In this document: positions 13,414 to 24,592 of the stretch, piece by piece | Position numbering within the stretch: the first letter of the stretch is position 1 | How the letters are laid out: every line of letters starts with the position of its first letter | Assembly (NCBI GenBank): GCA_902557235.1 | Contig: CACDZR010000004.1 | Span: 12,526 to 76,525 of the forward strand | From: an uncultured Pelagibacteraceae bacterium | Lineage (GTDB): Bacteria > Pseudomonadota > Alphaproteobacteria > Pelagibacterales > Pelagibacteraceae | Direction of reading: 5' to 3' | DNA: 64,000 nucleotides | Position numbers and translations under genes: made by a program | Notes under the pieces: model-generated | Database searches by the model: none | The model's input: the letters and a program-made list of their open reading frames with translations, nothing else | Told to the model about the DNA's origin: nothing

Positions 13414-13967
13414 TGACACCAAGACTAAAGGAACTTTATTTAAAAGAAATTCAACCAGCTTTAAAAACAGAGTTTGGTTTTAAAAACCTTAATATGGGTC
13501 CTAAAATTGAAAAAATTATTTTAAATATGGGTTTAGGTTTGGATGGCAATGACTCTAAGGTTTTAAAATCATGTGAAGAGGATCTTGCCAAAATTGCAGG
13601 TCAAAAACCAGTCACAACAAAATTCAAAAAATCTGTAGCAAATTTTAAAACAAGAAAAGGATCTAACGCAGGATTAAAAGTAACTTTAAGAAAAAATAAA
13701 ATGTATGAATTTCTTGATAGATTAGTCAATATAGCATTGCCAAGAATAAAAGATTTTAGAGGTTTATCTCCAAATGGGTTTGATAAATTTGGAAACTATA
13801 CCTTTGGAGTAAAAGAACACATTATATTCCCTGAAGTTAGTTTTGATAGGGCTGATAAAGTCAGAGGACTAGATATTGTGATAGTTATATCGTCTTTAAA
13901 TAAAGATCATAGTTTTGCACTTTTACAAAAGATGAATTTTCCATTTATTAAAAAAGGAGATAATTAA
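13413..13967 (+). CDS. rplE: 50S ribosomal protein L5
   Basis: [16 protein letters not shown] and IIFPE motifs. Confidence 0.98.
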   Translation: MTPRLKELYLKEIQPALKTEFGFKNLNMGPKIEKIILNMGLGLDGNDSKVLKSCEEDLAKIAGQKPVTTKFKKSVANFKTRKGSNAGLKVTLRKNKMYEFLDRLVNIALPRIKDFRGLSPNGFDKFGNYTFGVKEHIIFPEVSFDRADKVRGLDIVIVISSLNKDHSFALLQKMNFPFIKKGDN

Positions 13968-13968
13968 T

Positions 13969-14274
13969 ATGGCTAAATTAAGCTCAATAAATAAAAACAA
14001 TAGAAGAATAAAACTTTCAGACAAATTTTTTAATAAGAGAGCAAAATTAAAAAAAATAATTATGAATAAGAAGTTGTCTTTAGAGGAAAGATTTAAGGCA
14101 CAACAAAAACTATCTAAATTACCAAGAAATTCTGCGAAAATCAGAGTGATGAACAGATGTCAAATAACAGGTAGACCGCATGGCGTTTACAGAAAATTAA
14201 AAATTTCAAGAATTGCGTTAAGACAACTTGGTTTACAAGGGAAGATACCAGGAATGGTAAAATCGAGTTGGTAG
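13969..14274 (+). CDS. rpsN: 30S ribosomal protein S14 (long, Zn-independent type)
   Basis: [11 protein letters not shown] and IPGMVKSSW; 101 aa with a single Cys. Confidence 0.98.
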   Translation: MAKLSSINKNNRRIKLSDKFFNKRAKLKKIIMNKKLSLEERFKAQQKLSKLPRNSAKIRVMNRCQITGRPHGVYRKLKISRIALRQLGLQGKIPGMVKSSW

Positions 14275-14286
14275 AAAGGAGTAATT

Positions 14287-14682
14287 ATGAGCTTAAGTGA
14301 CCCGATAGGAGATATGATAGCAAGAGTAAAAAATGCTCAGGCGAGAAAACATAAAAAAGTGGAGTTACCTTCATCAAAATTTAAGAGTAAAATAGCTGAT
14401 ATTCTCAAGAATGAAGGATTTATAAAAGATTTTAAAGTTTCTTCTGAGGAGAAAAAAAATATCTTATCATTAGAATTAAAATATCACTCTGGTAATCCAG
14501 TAATAAGTAATTTTGAGAGAGTATCAAAACCAGGAAGAAGGATTTTTTCAAGTGCAGATAGTTTACCCAAGATAAATAATGGATTAGGTATTGCAATATT
14601 GTCTACACCAAAAGGTGTAATGACAGATATTGATGCTAGAAAACAAAAAGTTGGTGGAGAAATAGTTTGTAAGGTTTTTTAA
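14287..14682 (+). CDS. rpsH: 30S ribosomal protein S8
   Basis: DPIGDMIAR, SKPGRR, STPKGVMT and GGE motifs. Confidence 0.99.
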   Translation: MSLSDPIGDMIARVKNAQARKHKKVELPSSKFKSKIADILKNEGFIKDFKVSSEEKKNILSLELKYHSGNPVISNFERVSKPGRRIFSSADSLPKINNGLGIAILSTPKGVMTDIDARKQKVGGEIVCKVF

Positions 14683-14683
14683 T

Positions 14684-15223
14684 ATGTCAAAAATAGGAAA
14701 AGTAAATATAACAATACCAGAAAAAGTAAAAGTAGCTATCGCTGGTAATATTCTTAACATTGAGGGTCCTCTTGGTAAAAAATCTTTGAACATAGATTTA
14801 GAGGTATTTAATCTTGATATTAAGGATGGCAAAGAAATATCCATCAAACCTAAAAAAATTGACCAAAATACTAAAAGATTATGGGGCATGAACAGAAGCT
14901 TAATCAATAATGCTGTCATTGGTTCAATAAAAGGTTATGAAAAAATTTTAGAATTAGTGGGAGTTGGTTACAGAGCTTCAATAAAAGGTAGTCAATTAAA
15001 TTTACAGCTAGGTTATAGTCATGACATAAATTTTGATATACCCGATGGTATTAAAATTGCTGTAGAAAAACAAACAACTTTAAAAATTTCTGGTTTTGAT
15101 AAACAGATGGTAGGTTCAATAGCTTCAAAAATAAAAACTCTAAGAAAAATTGAACCATATAAAGGAAAAGGTATCAGAGAAAAAGGTCAATATGTTTTGA
15201 AAAAAGAGGGTAAAAAGAAATAA
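14684..15223 (+). CDS. rplF: 50S ribosomal protein L6
   Basis: MSKIGK, GVGYRA and EPYKGKGI motifs. Confidence 0.98.
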   Translation: MSKIGKVNITIPEKVKVAIAGNILNIEGPLGKKSLNIDLEVFNLDIKDGKEISIKPKKIDQNTKRLWGMNRSLINNAVIGSIKGYEKILELVGVGYRASIKGSQLNLQLGYSHDINFDIPDGIKIAVEKQTTLKISGFDKQMVGSIASKIKTLRKIEPYKGKGIREKGQYVLKKEGKKK

Positions 15224-15579
15224 TGAAATTAAGCACAACAACTAGAAAAAAATTTAGAATTACAAATAAACTTAAAAAGGTTTCTAAACCAGACAGGTTT
15301 AGACTTAGTATATTTAGGTCTTCTAAAAATATTTCAGCACAAATTATTGATGACTCAAAGAATATAACCTTATTATCAGCTTCTTCAGTTGAAAAAGATA
15401 TAAAAGAATCTAAAACAAAAAATAAATCAGAACTGTCCAAAATTGTTGCAGAAAAATTAGCAAAAAAAGCCCAAGAGAAGAAAATAACTAAAATATATTT
15501 TGATAGAGGTATTTATAAATATCACGGAAGAATAAAGGTTTTTGCTGAAACTTTAAGAAAGAATGGAATGGAATTTTAA
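15223..15579 (+). CDS. rplR: 50S ribosomal protein L18
   Basis: [18 protein letters not shown] and [12 protein letters not shown] motifs. Confidence 0.98.
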   Translation: MKLSTTTRKKFRITNKLKKVSKPDRFRLSIFRSSKNISAQIIDDSKNITLLSASSVEKDIKESKTKNKSELSKIVAEKLAKKAQEKKITKIYFDRGIYKYHGRIKVFAETLRKNGMEF

Positions 15580-15581
15580 AT

Positions 15582-16097
15582 ATGGAAAATTTTAAAGAGA
15601 AAAAAACAGACGATATTTTAGAAAAGTTAGTTCATATTAATAGAATTACCAAAGTTGTAAAAGGTGGTAGACGTTTTGGCTTTTCTGCATTGGTAGTTGT
15701 TGGTAATCAAGCTGGAAAAATTGGTATAGCTCATGCTAAAGCAAAACAAGTTCCAGATGCAATTAAAAAAGCAAATGAAATAGCAAGAAGAAAACTGATT
15801 CATATTCCTTTAAGAGAGGGCAGAACTATTCATCATGATGTTAAGGCTAAAGATGGATCAGGTAGAATTGTACTAAGATCAGCATCAAAAGGTACAGGAA
15901 TAATTGCTGGTGGTCCTGTTAGAGCTGTTTGTGAAGTTTTAGGAGTGAAAGATATTGTTGCTAAATCTATGGGAACATCTAATGCACACAATGTTATAAG
16001 AGCAACAATAAAAGCTTTAAAGAAACAGAATTCACCTAAACAGATTTCAGCAATAAGAAATAAAAAGATATCAGAAATAATCGAAAAAAGAGGATAA
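15582..16097 (+). CDS. rpsE: 30S ribosomal protein S5
   Basis: KVVKGGRRFGFSALVVVG and GTGIIAGG motifs. Confidence 0.99.
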   Translation: MENFKEKKTDDILEKLVHINRITKVVKGGRRFGFSALVVVGNQAGKIGIAHAKAKQVPDAIKKANEIARRKLIHIPLREGRTIHHDVKAKDGSGRIVLRSASKGTGIIAGGPVRAVCEVLGVKDIVAKSMGTSNAHNVIRATIKALKKQNSPKQISAIRNKKISEIIEKRG

Positions 16098-16549
16098 TGA
16101 TAAAATTAAATAATAGACCAAAATTAAATAAATCTAAAATAAGAGTCGGTAGAGGAATAGGCTCAGGAAAAGGTAAAACTTCAGGAAGAGGTGTGAAAGG
16201 TCAAAAATCTAGATCAGGCGTTGCAATAAAAAGTTTCGAAGGTGGACAAATGCCCCTATATAGACGTTTACCTAAAAGAGGTTTTAATCCAATCCAGAAA
16301 GAAAATATAGCAATTTTAAATTTGGACAAAATACAATCTTTCATTAATAAAAAGACAATTAATACAAATGATATATTAAATTCATCATCCTTAAAGAAGT
16401 TAAAATTAATAAATAAGAATTCTAAAAAACTTAAGATCTTAGGCTCTGGTGAAATTAAAGATAAAATAAATATTGAAGCCGATTTAGCATCTAAATCTGC
16501 GCTGGAAAAACTTGAAAAAATTGGTGGATCAATACAACTAAAAAAATAA
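16097..16549 (+). CDS. rplO: 50S ribosomal protein L15
   Basis: RVGRGIGSGKGKTSGRG and FEGGQMPLYRRLPKRGF motifs. Confidence 0.99.
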   Translation: MIKLNNRPKLNKSKIRVGRGIGSGKGKTSGRGVKGQKSRSGVAIKSFEGGQMPLYRRLPKRGFNPIQKENIAILNLDKIQSFINKKTINTNDILNSSSLKKLKLINKNSKKLKILGSGEIKDKINIEADLASKSALEKLEKIGGSIQLKK

Positions 16550-16561
16550 TATCTTAAGATA

Positions 16562-17842
16562 ATGAGCTCTTCATCTTCAAGTATTGATTTAAGAAATAGG
16601 ATAATCTTTACGATTGCAATACTAGCAGTTTACAGATTTGGTACGTTTGTTCCTCTACCTGGAATCGATCCAGAACAGTTAAAAATTTTAATGGAGGGAA
16701 ATCAAAAAGGCCTACTTGGAATGTTTAACGTGTTTGCTGGAGGTGCAGTAAGTAGAATGGCTATTTTTGCATTAGGAATAATGCCATACATCTCATCATC
16801 TATTATTGTTCAATTACTAACAGGTGTATCTGATTATTTCAAAAATCTTAAAGCACAAGGTGAAACAGGAAGAGCGAAGATAACTCAAATAACTAGGTAT
16901 GGAACAGTTTTATTAGCTACTGTTCAAGGTTACGGTTTATCTGTTGGTTTAGAGTCTTCAGCTAATTTGGTAATAAACCCAGGAATATTTTTTAAAATAT
17001 CAACAGTTACAACTATTGTAGCTGGAACAATTTTTTTGATGTGGTTGGGTGAGCAAATAACACAAAGGGGAATAGGAAATGGAATATCCTTAATTATTTT
17101 TGCAGGAATTGTTGCAGAAATACCAAGAGCTTTAGTGACGACTTTTGAATTAGGTAGAACAGGAGCAATTTCAACTTTGATGATAATAGCTATTTTTATT
17201 TTATTGATTTTAACTATTTTGTTTATTGTTTTTATGGAAAGAGCTTTAAGGAAAATTTTGATAAATTATCCTAAGAGACAGATGGGTAATAAAATGTATG
17301 GTGGAGAGTCATCTCATTTGCCTTTAAAAATTAATCAAGCGGGAGTTATACCAGCAATTTTTGCATCTGCTTTATTATTATTACCTGTAACTTTTTCAAA
17401 TTTCGACGTTTCTGATAATGAAACATTTTTAAATCTAAGTTCATATTTTACACAGGGACAACCACTTTATATGTTGCTTTATGCATCGGGAATTATTTTT
17501 TTTACTTTTTTCTACACATCAATTACTTTCAACCCAACAGAAACAGCTGATAACCTAAGAAAATATGGTGGTTTTGTTCCAGGTATAAGACCTGGAGAAA
17601 GTACAGCTCTTTATATTGAAAATATTTTAACTAAATTAACTACCATTGGAGCATTATACCTTACTTTAGTTTGTTTAATGCCAGAGTTTTTAATTGCTAA
17701 TTATCCAATACCATTTTATTTGGGTGGAACGTCAATATTAATTGTTGTAGTTGTTGCAATTGACACAGTTACACAAATTCAAACCCGACTTATGAGCTCA
17801 CAATATGAGCAATTAATCAAAAAAACTAAATTCGGTAGATAG
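16562..17842 (+). CDS. secY: Preprotein translocase SecY
   Basis: Multiple TM segments; LGIMPYISSSII, GIGNGISLIIF and PGIRPG motifs. Confidence 0.99.
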   Translation: MSSSSSSIDLRNRIIFTIAILAVYRFGTFVPLPGIDPEQLKILMEGNQKGLLGMFNVFAGGAVSRMAIFALGIMPYISSSIIVQLLTGVSDYFKNLKAQGETGRAKITQITRYGTVLLATVQGYGLSVGLESSANLVINPGIFFKISTVTTIVAGTIFLMWLGEQITQRGIGNGISLIIFAGIVAEIPRALVTTFELGRTGAISTLMIIAIFILLILTILFIVFMERALRKILINYPKRQMGNKMYGGESSHLPLKINQAGVIPAIFASALLLLPVTFSNFDVSDNETFLNLSSYFTQGQPLYMLLYASGIIFFTFFYTSITFNPTETADNLRKYGGFVPGIRPGESTALYIENILTKLTTIGALYLTLVCLMPEFLIANYPIPFYLGGTSILIVVVVAIDTVTQIQTRLMSSQYEQLIKKTKFGR

Positions 17843-17851
17843 ATAAAAAAA

Positions 17852-18415
17852 GTGAATGTAATTTTGTTTGGACCTCCAGGAGCTGGTAAAGGCACACAAG
17901 CTAAATTTTTAGTTAAACAATTAAATAATTTCCAAATTTCTACAGGTGATATGTTGAGAGATGAAATTCAAAAAAACTCTGAAATAGGAAAAAAGATAGT
18001 TGAAGACATGAGCGATGGTAGATTTGTTAGCGATGAAATAGTTAACTCATTAATTGAAAATGTAGTCTTTGATCCAAAAAAGAGAAATAAATTAATATTT
18101 GATGGATACCCAAGATCTCTGACACAAGCTAAAAACTTAGAAAAATTATTAGAGAAAACAAATCAAAAAATTGATTTTGTATTTTTTCTTAATGTGAATA
18201 AGGAGACGATAATCAAAAGAATTGAACAAAGAAAAAGTATAGAAAATAGATCTGATGACGATTTAAATACCATTGTGAAAAGGTACGATAAATACATGGA
18301 AACCACCAAACCTGTTCTAGATTTCTATTCTAAAAATTCCAATTTTTATGAGTTAGATGGCAGTTCTAAAATTGAGGAAATAACAGCTAAAATCAACAGT
18401 TTTCTGAACGTTTAA
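17852..18415 (+). CDS. adk: Adenylate kinase (short-LID type), GTG start
   Basis: GPPGAGKGTQA, STGDMLR, DGYPR and RSDD motifs. Confidence 0.97.
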   Translation: MNVILFGPPGAGKGTQAKFLVKQLNNFQISTGDMLRDEIQKNSEIGKKIVEDMSDGRFVSDEIVNSLIENVVFDPKKRNKLIFDGYPRSLTQAKNLEKLLEKTNQKIDFVFFLNVNKETIIKRIEQRKSIENRSDDDLNTIVKRYDKYMETTKPVLDFYSKNSNFYELDGSSKIEEITAKINSFLNV

Positions 18416-18419
18416 CCCG

Positions 18420-18447
18420 TTGACTTTAAAAGATCATCTTATATAAA
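18420..18447 (+). promoter_or_regulatory. Candidate promoter of the rpsM (alpha) operon
   Basis: TTGACT (18420-18425), 16 bp spacer, TATAAA (18442-18447). Confidence 0.5.
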
Positions 18448-18471
18448 AGGCTGAAAATTATCACTAAATAT

Positions 18472-18855
18472 ATGGCTCGTATTGCAGGTATAAATATTCC
18501 ACAGAACAAACTTGTTCATGTAGGTCTCACGTACATTTATGGTATTGGTGATAAGTTTTCTTCGCAAATTTGTTCATCTTTAAAAATTCCAAAAGAAAAA
18601 AGAGTCAATCAACTAACTGATGATGAAATTCTTAAAATTAGAGAATACATAGATCAAAATTTCAAAGTAGAGGGAGATTTGAGAAGAGATTATTCATTAA
18701 GTATTAAAAGATTAATAGATCTAGCTTGCTACAGAGGATCAAGACATAGAAAAAAATTACCTGTTAGAGGTCAAAGAACTAGATGTAATGCGAGGACAAG
18801 AAAAGGTAAAGCAATTGCAATTGCGGGTAAAAAATTAACTCCACTTAAAAAATAA
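18472..18855 (+). CDS. rpsM: 30S ribosomal protein S13
   Basis: [10 protein letters not shown] and [17 protein letters not shown] motifs. Confidence 0.99.
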   Translation: MARIAGINIPQNKLVHVGLTYIYGIGDKFSSQICSSLKIPKEKRVNQLTDDEILKIREYIDQNFKVEGDLRRDYSLSIKRLIDLACYRGSRHRKKLPVRGQRTRCNARTRKGKAIAIAGKKLTPLKK

Positions 18856-18857
18856 AC

Positions 18858-19307
18858 ATGGCTAAAGTTGATAAGGTTGAAAAGAAAGACCCAAAAAGTG
18901 AAAAAAGTGTAAGTAAAGTTAAAAAGAGCTCTTACTCTAAAAAGAAAAAAGTTAAAAAAAATATTTTGAACGGTATTGCTTATGTTCAATCAACTTTCAA
19001 TAATACTATTATCTCTATCGCAGATACAAATGGAAATGTAGTTTCATGGGCTTCAGCAGGCCAAAAAGGTTTTAAAGGTTCTAGGAAATCTACACCATAT
19101 GCTGCACAAATTGCTGCAGATGCAGCTGCATCGAAAGCTTTAGAATATGGAATGAAAACATTATCAGTTGAAGTTAAAGGACCTGGCTCAGGAAGAGAAA
19201 CAGCATTAAGAGCTTTACAAGCAAGAGGATTCAAAATTTTATCAATTAAAGATACAACACCGATGCCACATAATGGCACTAGACCACCAAAAAAAAGGAG
19301 AGTTTAA
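18858..19307 (+). CDS. rpsK: 30S ribosomal protein S11
   Basis: [16 protein letters not shown] and [13 protein letters not shown]; Lys-rich N-terminal extension. Confidence 0.99.
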   Translation: MAKVDKVEKKDPKSEKSVSKVKKSSYSKKKKVKKNILNGIAYVQSTFNNTIISIADTNGNVVSWASAGQKGFKGSRKSTPYAAQIAADAAASKALEYGMKTLSVEVKGPGSGRETALRALQARGFKILSIKDTTPMPHNGTRPPKKRRV

Positions 19308-20335
19308 TGGAAACTGAAAATGTAAATATTAAAAACTGGAAATCACTTATTAAACCATCAAAAATTGATGTTCAAATGAGTGATGATTTATCTAAAGCAA
19401 AAATAGTAGCTGAGCCTTTAGAAAAAGGTTATGGTTTAACCTTGGGTAATTCATTAAGAAGAATTTTATTATCTTCGATTAGAGGTGCAGCAGTTACATC
19501 TATACAAATAGACGGTGTATTACATGAGTTTACATCGATAAAAGGTGTAAGAGAAGATGTTACTGATATAGTTTTAAATGTAAAATCTTTAGCATTAAAG
19601 TCATCTTCTGAAGGCACTAAAAAACTTATTTTAGATGCAAAAGGACCTGGTGAAATAAAAGCTTCTGATATAACTCCAGTAGCTGATGTTGAAATTTTAA
19701 ATCCTGAATTAGTAATTTGTAATTTAGATGAAAAAACAAGTTTTCATATGGAGATGAATGTTAATACAGGAAAAGGTTACGTGCCAGCTGAATTAAATAA
19801 ACCTGAGGAACCACCTTTGGGATTGATTGCTATAGACTCTTTATACAGTCCTGTAAAAAAAGTTTCTTATTCTGTAAGCACCGCGAGAGAAGGTAAAGCC
19901 CTAGACTACGATAAACTTACAATGGAAGTTGAAACGGATGGCTCAATATCAGCAGAAGATGCTGTAGCTTATTCTGCCAGAATTTTCCAAGATCAACTTA
20001 AAATGTTTATTAATTTTGATGAACCAGTAGAGGCACCTGTCAAAGAAGTATCAACAGAACCAGAATTTAATAAAAATTTGTTAAGAAAAGTTGATGAGTT
20101 GGAATTGTCTGTCAGATCAATGAATTGTTTGAAAAACGATAACATAATTTACATCGGCGATCTTGTTCAAAAGTCTGAAGGTGAAATGCTTAGAACACCA
20201 AACTTTGGAAGAAAATCGCTCAATGAAATTAAAGAAGTTTTAACAGGAATGTCATTGTATTTGGGTATGGAGATACCAAACTGGCCACCAGATAACATTG
20301 CTGAAATGTCTAAAAAGCTAGAGGAAGCTATCTAA
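19307..20335 (+). CDS. rpoA: RNA polymerase alpha subunit
   Basis: [31 protein letters not shown] and [10 protein letters not shown] motifs. Confidence 0.99.
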   Translation: METENVNIKNWKSLIKPSKIDVQMSDDLSKAKIVAEPLEKGYGLTLGNSLRRILLSSIRGAAVTSIQIDGVLHEFTSIKGVREDVTDIVLNVKSLALKSSSEGTKKLILDAKGPGEIKASDITPVADVEILNPELVICNLDEKTSFHMEMNVNTGKGYVPAELNKPEEPPLGLIAIDSLYSPVKKVSYSVSTAREGKALDYDKLTMEVETDGSISAEDAVAYSARIFQDQLKMFINFDEPVEAPVKEVSTEPEFNKNLLRKVDELELSVRSMNCLKNDNIIYIGDLVQKSEGEMLRTPNFGRKSLNEIKEVLTGMSLYLGMEIPNWPPDNIAEMSKKLEEAI

Positions 20336-20785
20336 ATGAGACACGGATTTGCTAATAAGAAGCTTAATAGAACATCTGAGCATAGAAAAGCACTGTTAAA
20401 AAACATGCTCAATTCCCTGATAAAATATGAGCAAATCAAAACAACATTACCAAAGGCAAAGTTTTTAAAGCCTCAAGCAGATAAGATTATTACACTAGGT
20501 AAGAAAGATACCCTTCATAACACTAAAGCTTTAGTTTCACAGTTACAAGATATTAAATCTGCAAATAAAGTTAAAAAGACATTATCAAAAAGATACGAAA
20601 AAAGAACAGGTGGTTATACAAGAATAATTAAAGCTGGCTTTAGATATGGTGATAATGCACCGATGGCAATTATTGAATTTGTAGACAGAGATGTTGAAGC
20701 AAAAAAGGTAGATAAAAAGAAAAAATCTACTTTAAAAGAGCCTGAAAAAAAAGAAGATAAAAAACCAGTAGCTGCATCAAAATAA
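20336..20785 (+). CDS. rplQ: 50S ribosomal protein L17
   Basis: MRHG...[17 protein letters not shown] and RYGDNAPMA motifs. Confidence 0.99.
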   Translation: MRHGFANKKLNRTSEHRKALLKNMLNSLIKYEQIKTTLPKAKFLKPQADKIITLGKKDTLHNTKALVSQLQDIKSANKVKKTLSKRYEKRTGGYTRIIKAGFRYGDNAPMAIIEFVDRDVEAKKVDKKKKSTLKEPEKKEDKKPVAASK

Positions 20786-20792
20786 TTTTTTT

Positions 20793-21710
20793 ATGTTAAA
20801 AAGTTACATCGTTGACTCAACGTGTAATAATATGCGTGTTGATAGATGGATACGTAATACAATAGGTAGAATTCCTCAAGGATTAATTGAAAAATCTTTA
20901 AGATCAGGCAAAATAAAAGTTAATAAAAAAAAAATAAAAAGTTCTCATAAGATAAAATCTAATGACAAAATTGATTTTTATGATTTTAAATTTGAAGAAA
21001 GAATTCAACAAAAAAAAATAAGTTTTAGTCCCTCTAATCAAATAATCAAAGCAAATGAAGATTTAATAATAGATAACAATGAAAATTTTATCGTTTTAAA
21101 TAAAAGTGCTGGTATTTCTGTTCAGGGTGGAACAAAATCGAAAAAAAACTTAATTGATATATTTAAAAAAAGCGAAATTTTCTCAGATTCAAAACCTTTT
21201 TCTGTCCATAGATTAGACAAAGATACATCAGGTGTTTTTTTAATGGCTAAAAACAGAGAGACAGCACAATTATTAACATCATTGTTTAGATTAAGAAAAG
21301 TGCATAAAACTTATCTAGCTATATGTCATGGCGAACTTGAAAAAAATTCAGGAGAATGGAATGATGATTTAGTACGTTATGACAACGGAAAAAAAATTAT
21401 TGAAAAAGCAAAAACAATTTACAAAGTCATTGATAAAAATTCGAATTCTAGTCTTATTGAAATGAAACCTATCACTGGTAGAAAACATCAATTAAGAAAA
21501 CAACTTTTTAATATTGGTCACTCAATTTTTGGAGATAATAAATACAAATCTTTTACTCAAACAATTGGTATTAACAAAGAATTAATGCTTCATGCTTATG
21601 AAATAAAATTCATGATCAAAGAAAAAAAATATACTTATAAAGCTTTACTACCTGATTATTTTAAAAAATTATTAAAAATCAAAAGACTTACTTATTCAAA
21701 TTTGAAATAA
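20793..21710 (+). CDS. RluA-family (RluC-like) 23S rRNA pseudouridine synthase
   Basis: N-terminal S4-like domain; catalytic HRLDKDTSG; TGRKHQLR and LMLHA motifs. Confidence 0.92.
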   Translation: MLKSYIVDSTCNNMRVDRWIRNTIGRIPQGLIEKSLRSGKIKVNKKKIKSSHKIKSNDKIDFYDFKFEERIQQKKISFSPSNQIIKANEDLIIDNNENFIVLNKSAGISVQGGTKSKKNLIDIFKKSEIFSDSKPFSVHRLDKDTSGVFLMAKNRETAQLLTSLFRLRKVHKTYLAICHGELEKNSGEWNDDLVRYDNGKKIIEKAKTIYKVIDKNSNSSLIEMKPITGRKHQLRKQLFNIGHSIFGDNKYKSFTQTIGINKELMLHAYEIKFMIKEKKYTYKALLPDYFKKLLKIKRLTYSNLK

Positions 21711-22308
21711 AAATTTCAACTAGTTTTTTGTCTAGTTCTTTATAATCTTGATCTGTAATTTGTTTTAAATTAGTCACACCTTTGTCTTTAATGCCACAAG
21801 GAATGATTGCGTTATACTTTTCTAAATTATTACAAATATTAATTGAAAAACCGTGATATGCTATCCACTTACTAATTCTTACCCCAATTGCAGCAACTTT
21901 TTTTGTTTTTTTATTATCATTGTACCATATCCCAATATTTTCTTTATCAGCAAAACTTTTAATATTAAAAAAATTTAATGTCTCGATTATTGTTTTTTCT
22001 ATTATTGAAATAAAATTTCTAATATCTTTTTTTCTTTTTTTTAAGTCTATTACAAAATAACAAATTAATTGGCCTGGTCCATGATAGGTAATTTTACCAC
22101 CTCTATTTGTCTCTAAAATCTTAATCGATTTATCTAAAATGTCACTCTCACTATAGCTTGTACCTGCTGTGTAAATATCTGGATGTTCTAAAGTCCAAAT
22201 TAATTCATTTGATTTATTTAAATCTACATTCAACAATCTTTCTTCCATCAGTTTTTTAGCATCTTCATAAATGACAGGTTTTTCAGACTTTTTAATTTCT
22301 ATACTCAT
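21688..22308 (-). CDS. lipB: Lipoyl(octanoyl) transferase
   Basis: [34 protein letters not shown] and PCG motifs. Confidence 0.97.
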   Translation of the reverse strand: MSIEIKKSEKPVIYEDAKKLMEERLLNVDLNKSNELIWTLEHPDIYTAGTSYSESDILDKSIKILETNRGGKITYHGPGQLICYFVIDLKKRKKDIRNFISIIEKTIIETLNFFNIKSFADKENIGIWYNDNKKTKKVAAIGVRISKWIAYHGFSINICNNLEKYNAIIPCGIKDKGVTNLKQITDQDYKELDKKLVEIFISNLNK

Positions 22309-22368
22309 TTAAAAATTGTATTCTTTTGATTATGTATTAAAAGATCGACCTAAATAACAGGAAAATTT

Positions 22369-23742
22369 ATGACTTTAATTAAAAAAATCAAAGATAAAAA
22401 AGTCAATTTTGAATTTAATAAAGAATACATAAAAGTAGTCACTGATAAAATTTCGAACAATGACGCAACTTTTATTACTAATTCTTTTAAAGAAATGCAT
22501 CCTGCTGATGCAGCAGATATCATTGAGCATTTAAGTCAGAATGACAGAGAAAATTTAATTAAACTCAATAACTTTAAAATAGATCCTGAGGTCTTTATTG
22601 AACTCAATGAGTCAGTTCAAACTGAAATCATAAAATATCTTTCGTCTGATGCAATAGTTAGAATATTGAAAAATTTGGAATCTGATGATGCTATAGCTAT
22701 TCTTGAAAATGTAGATGAAAAAAATAAAAACTCTATTTTAAGCTTATTACCACCTAAAGATCGTTTTGCTTTATTGGAAGGTCTTAGTTATCCTGAGGAT
22801 AGTGCAGCTAGAATAATGCAGCGAGAATTTACCGCAATACCAAGTAACTGGTCTGTTGGTCAAACTATTGATTATTTAAGAGAAAATAAAGATTTACCAG
22901 AACAATTTTTAGAAATTTATATTGTAGATGAAAATTTTAAACCCATTGGTGCTGTACCGTCATCTAAAGTTCTAAGGACACCAAGAGAAACAAAGATGTC
23001 ATCAATAATGGATGATTCTATTTTTTTAGTGCCAGTAGACATGGATAGAGAAGAGGTTGGTAACTCATTTGAAAATTATAATTTAAATTCTGCATGTGTG
23101 ATTGATAAAAATAATAAATTAGTTGGAATGATAACTTCAGATGATGTTCTGACTGTTTTAAAGGAAGAAGCTGAGGAAGATGCATTAAGATTAGCAGGTG
23201 TAGGAGATGAAGAAATAACTGATGGTGTAATAACAAAAACAAAAAGACGATTTAATTGGTTGTTATTAAATCTTTTCACTGCATTTTTAGCTACATATTG
23301 TATTAGTTTATTTGGAGCAACAATTGAACAAATGGTTGTTCTAGCTTTTTTGATGCCAATAGTAGCATCAATGGGTGGTAACGCAGGAATGCAAACATTG
23401 GCAGTTACTGTTAGAACTCTTGCTACTAATGATTTAACAAAAAATAATTTTAATCAAAATATTTTTAAAGAATTTAATATAGGTATTTTAAATGGAATTA
23501 TATTTGCAATCATAAGTTCTTTCATTGTTCAGTTATGGTTTCAGGATATTCAGCTATCTTTGATAATTTCTATCTCAATGATTTTAACCATGATAGTTGC
23601 AGGTCTATTTGGAATATTGGTACCTGTTACATTAAAAAAAATGAATATAGATCCAGCAATAGCATCAAGTGTTTTCGTAACAACTATAACTGATGTTATT
23701 GGTTTTGTATCATTCCTAGGTGTTGGAGCTTATTTTTTGTAA
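22369..23742 (+). CDS. mgtE: Magnesium transporter MgtE
   Basis: MgtE-N domain, CBS pair, MGGNAGMQ and DPAIASSVFVTTITD motifs. Confidence 0.97.
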   Translation: MTLIKKIKDKKVNFEFNKEYIKVVTDKISNNDATFITNSFKEMHPADAADIIEHLSQNDRENLIKLNNFKIDPEVFIELNESVQTEIIKYLSSDAIVRILKNLESDDAIAILENVDEKNKNSILSLLPPKDRFALLEGLSYPEDSAARIMQREFTAIPSNWSVGQTIDYLRENKDLPEQFLEIYIVDENFKPIGAVPSSKVLRTPRETKMSSIMDDSIFLVPVDMDREEVGNSFENYNLNSACVIDKNNKLVGMITSDDVLTVLKEEAEEDALRLAGVGDEEITDGVITKTKRRFNWLLLNLFTAFLATYCISLFGATIEQMVVLAFLMPIVASMGGNAGMQTLAVTVRTLATNDLTKNNFNQNIFKEFNIGILNGIIFAIISSFIVQLWFQDIQLSLIISISMILTMIVAGLFGILVPVTLKKMNIDPAIASSVFVTTITDVIGFVSFLGVGAYFL

Positions 23743-23745
23743 ACA

Positions 23746-24558
23746 TCAAAAGTTATCTATCAACCTTACACTGCCAATATAATAAGCAATAAAAATTTTT
23801 GTATTTTTAATCTTATTAGTTAATCTAAGATTTTTTGTATTTCGCAACTCAAGATAATCTATCTTAATATCAAATTTTTTTATTAACTCATTTTTTTTAA
23901 TTAATATTGAATTCTTTAAGTCTTTTTTTTTAAATAATTCTTTTTTAAAAAGAATAAGATTTGTTGCTACTTGACCTGCCTTCTTTAAATTCTTTTCAGT
24001 TAAAAGAATATTTCTGGATGACAAAGCTAATTTATTCTTATCTCTTATTGTTTTACAAGAAATAATTTTAGATTTGAAATTTTTTTCAATATATCTTTTT
24101 ACTAACAATAGTTGCTGAAAATCTTTTTCTCCCATGAATATTTTTGAAGGATTTATTATTTGTGTTAAACGGGTCATTACGTTAATCACACCCTCAAAAT
24201 GACCTTTTCTATATTTAGCACATAGTATTTTGTCTTGTTTTTTAAGTTTAATTTTCACTTTATTTGCAAACTTGTAGACATCTTCAATTTCAGGTAAATA
24301 TACAAAATCAACTTTAAGCCTTTTTAAAATTCTTAAATCTTTTTTTATATTCCTTGGATATCTCTTGTAGTCGTTTTTGTTGTTAAATTGTTTAGGATTT
24401 ACAAATATACTTACAATGGTCTTATTGGATAGTTTTAAAGATTTTTTGATTAATGATATGTGACCATCATGAAGGCTACCCATAGTAGGTACAAATCCAA
24501 TATTTGATTTGCCAAATAATGCCTCATTTAAATCAATATTGTTTAATAAAATTTTCAT
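23746..24558 (-). CDS. panC: Pantoate--beta-alanine ligase
   Basis: FVPTMGSLHDGH, FVNPKQF, GEKDFQQ, ALSSRN and RLIDN; start set to the ATG at 24558. Confidence 0.96.
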   Translation of the reverse strand: MKILLNNIDLNEALFGKSNIGFVPTMGSLHDGHISLIKKSLKLSNKTIVSIFVNPKQFNNKNDYKRYPRNIKKDLRILKRLKVDFVYLPEIEDVYKFANKVKIKLKKQDKILCAKYRKGHFEGVINVMTRLTQIINPSKIFMGEKDFQQLLLVKRYIEKNFKSKIISCKTIRDKNKLALSSRNILLTEKNLKKAGQVATNLILFKKELFKKKDLKNSILIKKNELIKKFDIKIDYLELRNTKNLRLTNKIKNTKIFIAYYIGSVRLIDNF

Positions 24559-24592
24559 TTGTATAAAACATTTTAATAAGTAAAACATTTAA

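Noticed and set aside
19300-19315. Absence of rpsD between rpsK and rpoA, and of infA/rpmJ before rpsM
   Set aside because: Normal alphaproteobacterial arrangement.
2754-19617. Many 60-110 aa antisense ORFs inside rpoC, fusA and ribosomal protein genes
   Set aside because: Shadow ORFs opposite conserved genes with no recognisable motifs; expected from codon bias.
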